DNA of 54,884 bases from Octopus bimaculoides (lineage: Eukaryota): NCBI RefSeq assembly GCF_001194135.2, contig NC_068982.1:23354623-23409506 (forward strand), written 5' to 3'. Position 1 is the stretch's first letter; each line of letters starts with the position of its first letter. Positions 48,627-54,884 of the stretch are shown in pieces. A program made the translations under genes and the position numbers. Below the pieces are notes generated by a model. The model worked only from the letters and a program-made list of their open reading frames with translations. It made no database searches and was not told the DNA's origin.

Positions 48627-50760
48627 GGTTTTCTTTTTCTATTACATCTGTCATTCATGCGATCCTAGTACTTATATTTTTTTAAAGTCTGGTACATTTT
48701 CTTTTGGTTAACTTTGTCGAACTACTAACTTACAGGTACAAAAAGATTGCCAGGAAGTGGTGCCAAGCAGAAGTATAATATAATCTGCATTTTGTCGTTG
48801 CATCATGTGGTACCAAGTGTTTCATATTCTTGGATAGCAAAAGTATACCCCTATGTGATATAGCGTTCACGAGTCCAAGAAAGGCTCTACTTCATGTCAC
48901 TATTGTTGTCTTCTTCAAGTCTTTCGGAAAATATACCCATGCGTAGTCTAGTTTGGTATGTCGAACGTTTCACATCCAGATCTTTTTGCGGCATATATCG
49001 CGATGAGGATCTCATTGCCGAGAAATAGGCAAAGGATAGCTTCGCTTTTCAGCACTAGACCTTTTCTTTGCTGAAGTTCTTTAGCATGTGCTCTCTGATA
49101 AACATTAAACGATATTCGTAGGCTGTCTGCTTTGATATATACCTCTACCTCATTGACCTCTTTCTAAACAGTTTTTGTCGATATTATTGTTTCTGTGGAA
49201 GTTTCCAGTTTATGACAGGATACAGAGGGTTTTAATTCTTTCTGGGATACTGTGTTGTTCGGAAACCATATTTTTCTAAGTCCTGTATATTATTCCTCTG
49301 TCATTCCATCTTTATTCACAACACCTACGTATAATATTGTTTCATCAATGCCGAATTATTTGTAGTGTTCTTTGTGGGGAACAGGAGAGATAGTAAGACC
49401 ATTGATGCACATGTTTCGTGTATAAGGGACTAGTTTTCCACGTTCAGAAATCAAATATTAGCATTTATTTTGGCCAAATTCCATTCCTCTGTTAGCTGGG
49501 AATGTTATTAACTAGAGCGTTTGGCATCATTACCAGTTTTAGCATAAAACTTAAGGTTATCAACAAAGAAATTATGTATTACATTAATAACTCTAGCTGT
49601 TGAAGATCATAGCATGTAGCCATTTCATTTTTGTAGCTTGAATGATAATCCATTTAATGCACAATATAAACAGAATCACACTATCTCTTTCGAATACTTC
49701 CTTTGAAATATTTATGACAATGGAGACGATCATACAACATTTAGTTGCAAGTGTGAGAATTGTTGCTCATGTCTTTGTGAGCCTCTTAACGGTAGCATCT
49801 ATAGTAGCAGGTATATTTTCCAAATGTAAACACTTGAGCAACTATGAGTGGGGAATAGAATCAATCACTTGCCTATTATCAAGCAATGATACTATCGCAA
49901 AGTTTCGGCGTTGCTTTCTTACGTCAGACAGTACAGCTTTCTTTATCAAAAGTTGTTCTCTGCACCTGCCTGCTTATCAATATGTTGCTGCATTCCTTAT
50001 TATCCTGGTGGAATTGTTTGAGGTAGCTTGTGTACAGTTTGTTCATAATGTTTAGGCAAAAAAGGCCAATCGTCTTCTGTCAGCTCTTTGGTACTATAGC
50101 AATCCAGTTTTGAATGTCACTATGACGTTCTATATTCCTGATGTGTATAGATATTAACTATTTTCTGTAAAGTGTCAGCTTCTTGATCTAATATCCACTC
50201 TTTAGGTCTTCTGTTATTATGCAGTTTGCTTACAGTTATAGTGAATTTTTCCGGGTTACTTGTACATATTTTACTGTCAGTGATGGTACAGTATTCTCTC
50301 CTAACTGCATTTCCCCACGATGTGTTAAGGTTTACATTTCAAATTTTAGAGCAGAATGATTAATATCTATGCTTCCCTTCTTCAATTCTATGTATAACGA
50401 CTGTGGGTTGGAAGCAAACTTGCGACTTATTCATGCTCTTTCAAAAAGAGTTTTTCACTCAGTTTTCTGAGTTCGTGTTTTAGCTCAAGAGCTTGCTAAC
50501 TAGAGTCACTATGAATGTTTTGTTATATTTTACAGAGGTATAAACTCATTATCTGCCGTCTTCTTTCAACATGCATTATACCCAAAATAGATTACTGATA
50601 TATTTCTTTCAACATGCATTATCCTTAAATAGCTTACCGATATTTTAGTGCAGTTTTCACCAGTGGTGTTGTTATTGGCTTCTATGGTGTTCCACATATT
50701 ATAAAGTGTATATTTAAAATACAATCTTGCCAGAATAAAGGTATTGTGCTATGCTTTATG
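48623..50760 (-). mobile_element. Decayed R4/Dong-clade (RLE-type) non-LTR retrotransposon
   Basis: By-eye minus-strand fragments: ASNPQSLYIEL; FDSIPHS*LLKCL; HNFFVDNLKFYAK..GMEFGQNKC; NIDK..GRG (DRLY..GGRGL equivalent); GYTFAIQE; VIEKEN. These are R4/Dong-like RT and C-terminal motifs with many frameshifts. Confidence 0.75.
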
Positions 50761-51124
50761 TATATGAGTATGTCGTTTCTTTTGACTATAAAAAAAAATT
50801 TTTTCAGGTGAGTTCGAGCCCGTCGCTGTCAAGGCGATAAGACATTTTTAGAGACTTCTGTGTGTTTGTAAATATGTGGGCGATTGGGTGTGTTGGTTGG
50901 ACCGTCGACGCACACAGCCAACTTGTGTATCCATTCATGTAAACATTTCAGATGCAAAATCTTTGGAGTGTTTTACAAAATCTTCACTGTACTGCAAATA
51001 GATTGGATTTGGAGAATCCACTTCAGTTTCTTTTGCGCTTTCTTCGAAAATTCTAGTATTTGAAGTTCTTTGTGTAAATATGTAGGTTCATAGCCTAATG
51101 CATTTCTGGTCATAGGTACTAACA

Positions 51125-52000
51125 AGATTTAGTAGTGGGCATCCGTCAGTCACGAGAGGTCATGGATCTGCGCTCGAAGAAATCGTTTCAGCTGCTGATG
51201 GTGGTGTAGTGTCTGCGTTGTCTGTAGAAGCCTACATGAGATTGGCAGTCACGCATACGGTAACTGCATTTGGAGACGATTTGTCGGCGCTGCTGGTTTA
51301 TCGTGCAAATGAGATTACTTTTCTTTGGTGGCGAGTTCCTGGTCTCCAGCATGGGTGATCATTTGCAAACTTTTCCCATCTCAGGATGTCCAGATCAAGT
51401 GATTTCATATCTCTCTTGGAGACGTCCTTGAAAAGAAGATGAGGTCATCCTCGTTCTGATGGCTTTTTTGACACCTTCATACATTCCGTGAATGTTGCCC
51501 ACATCAAACGACAGATGGCTTAAAACTGGTAGATTGCTGCTTTCCGTGTTTTATCGTCGCGGTTAGATGCCGCTGGAGCGTCCTCTCCGGGGCGCAGGCC
51601 TGGGCAGTTTTTGACAGGAGATCGGTAATTGCCCATGCACCACGTCTTCCCTCTCCACCACCACCAGTGTTATCAAGGGAAAGGTCGTGGCTAATACGAC
51701 TAGGCACCAGTGAGGCCGCAAGAATTGCCAGAACGAGGTTGTTTACAGCGCCGAATTGCCCTAGGGACTCCGACTCCGGATTTATCATCGAAGTTTACTC
51801 CCGAAGCCTTTTTCCTTAAAGACAGGGCAGCGGAGTTGTTATTGCTGCTGTCTTGAATGAGTAAGGGCTTCTTTGGCAACGCAGCTAATAACGAGAGTGG
51901 CTTATTTGGATGGCCGATAAATCTGCAGAGTTCATGCTCACTTTGAAATGTCTCGTATTGAATCTTATAGGGTGATTAAATAGCAAAAGAGCACCCTCCT
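51125..52000 (-). mobile_element. Internally deleted RTE-type element (5' UTR joined to C-terminus and 3' tail)
   Basis: Minus strand 52000-51490 is GC-rich and RTE-5'-UTR-like (ggagtaaac..aaatccggagtcggagtcc), ending in a degenerate GTWNV-like start. 51480-51125 reads RG*PHLLFKDVSKRDMKSLDLDILRWEKFA.D..WR followed by a short ACT tail. Confidence 0.7.
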
Positions 52001-52096
52001 CACAGAGCAAGCTCTATGGTGTAGCCGGTTTACTCACATACGACCCGACTCCTGACCCCTGTGATTCGCTAGTTGGCAATACATAAATAAGTAAAT

Positions 52097-52098
<2 letters not shown>

Positions 52099-52167
<69 letters not shown>
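52099..52167. repeat. (GA)n microsatellite
   Basis: Direct reading. Confidence 0.97.
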
Positions 52168-52170
<3 letters not shown>

Positions 52171-52523
52171 GATCGCGAGACTGGGGTACAAAGAGGGGAC
52201 AAAACAGACTTTAACAGTAGTTCAGTTGTAGAAGCTGAGAAGCTCAAATATACTGAAGGGCTGCGTGAGTGTTACTGCTGCTTATTACTTGGGTTATTTT
52301 ATTTATATTTGGGAGTTGTTGCCTAAGGCAAAAGCCTCGCGGCAAGCGGCTACTCGCACGAGCAGTGTGGTTGATCTGGTGGTGGTTAGGGGACGGTTGA
52401 GAGTGGTTACAGGAACAACGGGAGCAAGCTGGAACATATAGGTATCTAAGTAAATTATAGAAAAAGAAAACAACATATTTTCTTTGATAGAAGATCACAC
52501 GGCGCCAGCAATAACCACCTTTA

Positions 52524-52524
<1 letters not shown>

Positions 52525-52565
<41 letters not shown>

Positions 52566-52567
52566 CA

Positions 52568-52600
<33 letters not shown>
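52525..52600. repeat. (CA)n/(CATA)n microsatellite
   Basis: Direct reading. Confidence 0.95.
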
Positions 52601-52602
<2 letters not shown>

Positions 52603-53176
52603 TTTATTCATATGCCCTTTAAAAACCTAGCCAGGCTCATGGGCCCGGTTTCCTGGTTTCTATGGTGAATTGTACACAGCGGGAAGCCTAAAATGTCTCG
52701 AATTGTATCTAGGGGCGAAAAAGGCAATAATGTGATGACTCCAGGATGAAATGGACAGTGAAGAAAAATAGAAGTGCGAGTCATGTGTTTCTGCCGTGAA
52801 GTTTCTTAAGTTTGAAATTTAAATTGTTTGATCATTTAAAATTCTATTCTAAATACAAAATATTTTCAATTTAAATAAAGTAATTATTTGAAAGAATTGG
52901 AAATGTATTTATTTTCTACTTATTTTCACTTTCAGAAAAAATAGATGATATATCAGACGATTTTTAATTAAGGAAATTATTGAAATGTAGATTTTCTTTC
53001 TCAGCAAAGACTTAATAATTAATCTGTTAATATTGTCGAAGCAGAAACGTTTAATTAAATATGTTAATATGTTTCATCTCATATTCAGCAAATTCAGTAT
53101 ATACTGTACATTGTACAGTATTTGCATTCAAGATGACTTCACAATAAACATATTTCTTAATTTATCTTCCTTTCAC

Positions 53177-54400
53177 CAGGTTGAGTCAAAAGTGTTTACA
53201 GATTTTCACTGATGATTTTTGTCATCTTGTATCTCCACGGTTTATCATGAATTTGGTACAGCTAATTGGTCCATCATTGCTGAATTGCTCATTCTTTATT
53301 TTGACATATAACATATGAACATTAATTGGTTAATCTTTGTTTTACAGCTTTGAAAATGAGTAATGAAAAATTACAATTAGAACCACTTTACGCTACCTGT
53401 GCACAGTGCAACGCCAGCGGCAAAAGAAATTCATGATGTGTATGGAAAAACCAGGTACTCTCAACGAACATGAGACATAAAACTGGTTTAGACAATTCAA
53501 GGGAGTCGACACCAGCCTAGAAGGCAAACCGAGGTCAAGGAGACCTTGTATCGGGGAAGATGAGACCTAGGTAGAATAAGAGGAACAACTAAGCACAAGC
53601 ATTCGTACATTATCAGCAGTGCTTCGTCCTTCACAAAGCACCGTCAGTCCACACCTCTATATGCTCGGCCTTGTGAACAGATAGTATCGAGAAGATCCTC
53701 ATGAATTAACCAATGGGGAGACTCGATGACGTGTGAAAATTTGAAAACAGTTGCTGGCATATCTTCGAGTTCCCCATTTTGACGTTGAATTATAACGGAG
53801 GATGAAAAATGGATCTATTTTCGTAATTCCAACGACAGATATCATTGGCTTGGTTCCAGCAAATTTTTAGAACTTGGGGTTTAACGGGAAAGGTGTGAAG
53901 AGGTTATACTGTTTGATTGGTGCAATTTAGAGGGTGCGTATGGTGTTACACTTTGAGCATGTTCCAGATGGCTATGGTATGAACACTAAACTTTATGCTC
54001 AACAATTCAAGCGATTATACGACGCTTTGAAAGCCTGCTACGAGGAATTGGTGAATGGAATATGCGCAGCCTTACAAAATGAGGATGTCCCAGCACACAC
54101 TACCAACGTGACCAAGCACAAACTTGTGAACGTGAGAAGCTGGAAGTGCTGACTCGCTGTGCATACAGCCCAGACATTGCGACACCGGCTTACAACATTT
54201 CCGTAGCCATTGCTCGTTTTGTGAACAGGCATTGGTCCAGCAATGTCAGTGATGTTGAAAACGGGCGCCAAAAGTATTTTTCTCTCTAAATAAGCTAAAT
54301 GGCTTCTGGCAAAACTATGGCAACATACAATAGAATACGGTAGTATATATACTGGTGAATAAAATCCTTTAGTATGTAATTTATTTGATTAATTAAACCA
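53177..54400 (+). mobile_element. Decayed mariner transposon
   Basis: TIR-like CAGGTTGAGTCAAAAGTGTTTACAGATTTT at 53177. ATG at 53356, then AAKEIHDVYG..WFRQFK..LEGKPRSRRP; IITEDEKWIYFRN; VLHFEHVPDG..LYAQQFKRL; AYSPDIA; WQHTIEYG. Many stops and frameshifts, and the right TIR is not clear. Confidence 0.88.
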
Positions 54401-54611
54401 TGAAATTTAAAAAGAAAACAAGGATAGGTTTAAATGTTAAACGAGAGAGAGAAGAGAAAACTTAAAAGGATTTGGGGATAGAGATAGCAGTATCTGACTG
54501 AATCATGCAATGCTCATTTCAATCAAATTCGATCGAGCACTTTAATAACTGGTCTATGGATAAATACTTTATTTTGACACTAGTTCTCTCCCATACCATG
54601 CATATGTGTGC

Positions 54612-54615
54612 CTGC

Positions 54616-54663
<48 letters not shown>

Positions 54664-54772
54664 ATGTATATTCCTGACTGTGTGTGTGTGTGCGTGTGTG
54701 TGTGTGCGTGTGTGTGTGTGCGTGTGTGTGATTGTGTATGCGTGCACGAGTGCGTGTGCGAGTGCGTGCGGG
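54612..54772. repeat. (CTAT)n/(TG)n compound microsatellite
   Basis: Direct reading. Confidence 0.95.
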
Positions 54773-54884
54773 AGTATTTTGTTTTGCGAAAACTGTGATC
54801 AAAAAGCGTATGTGGAAACCAATATTTTGGCAAAGTCATATTATGAAATTTAGTCATATTATGAAATACACGCAACCGTTGCTT

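Noticed and set aside
49642-50055. 137-aa plus-strand ORF
   Set aside because: Antisense to the R4/Dong-like RT region; not an independent gene.
52620-52665. Short fragment resembling another Octopus retroposon end (cctagccaggctcatgggcccggtttcc)
   Set aside because: Only about 45 bp and recognised from memory alone; cannot be supported within the window.
53160-53300. Strong-looking splice acceptor ttcctttcaccAG at 53179
   Set aside because: The sequence that follows (CAGGTTGAGTCAAAAGT..) is better explained as the left TIR of the downstream mariner.
54836-54868. 18-bp tandem duplication (gtcatattatgaaat x2); similar short duplications at 17520, 17736 and 31291
   Set aside because: Ordinary slippage duplications with only two units and no spacers; not CRISPR-like.
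1425-54875. Numerous [16 protein letters not shown] and MYVC ORFs
   Set aside because: Translations of di- and tetranucleotide microsatellites, which lack stops in some frames.

Overview
AT-rich, gapped eukaryotic genomic DNA dominated by microsatellites and decayed transposable elements. The SINE, Penelope and mariner repertoire matches what I recall from Octopus (coleoid cephalopod) genomes; this is an inference from remembered repeat sequence, not a database result. No intact host protein-coding gene can be identified, only weak candidate exons. Most tracked ORFs are microsatellite, N-gap or antisense artefacts. Supported content: five Tc1/mariner-superfamily relics (a Tc1 fragment, a nested pair, a full-length Hsmar1-like mariner with perfect 26-bp TIRs, and a decayed mariner), a hAT MITE with a perfect 8-bp TSD, two unclassified foldback elements, an RTE RT fragment, an R4/Dong-like LINE, an internally deleted RTE, a Penelope GIY-YIG fragment with a 5' inversion followed by a tRNA-like head and a hammerhead-like motif, and seven or more copies of one tRNA-derived SINE family with two alternative tails. 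There are nine N gaps, mostly at (TA)n tracts. No CRISPR array, rRNA or credible tRNA gene was seen.
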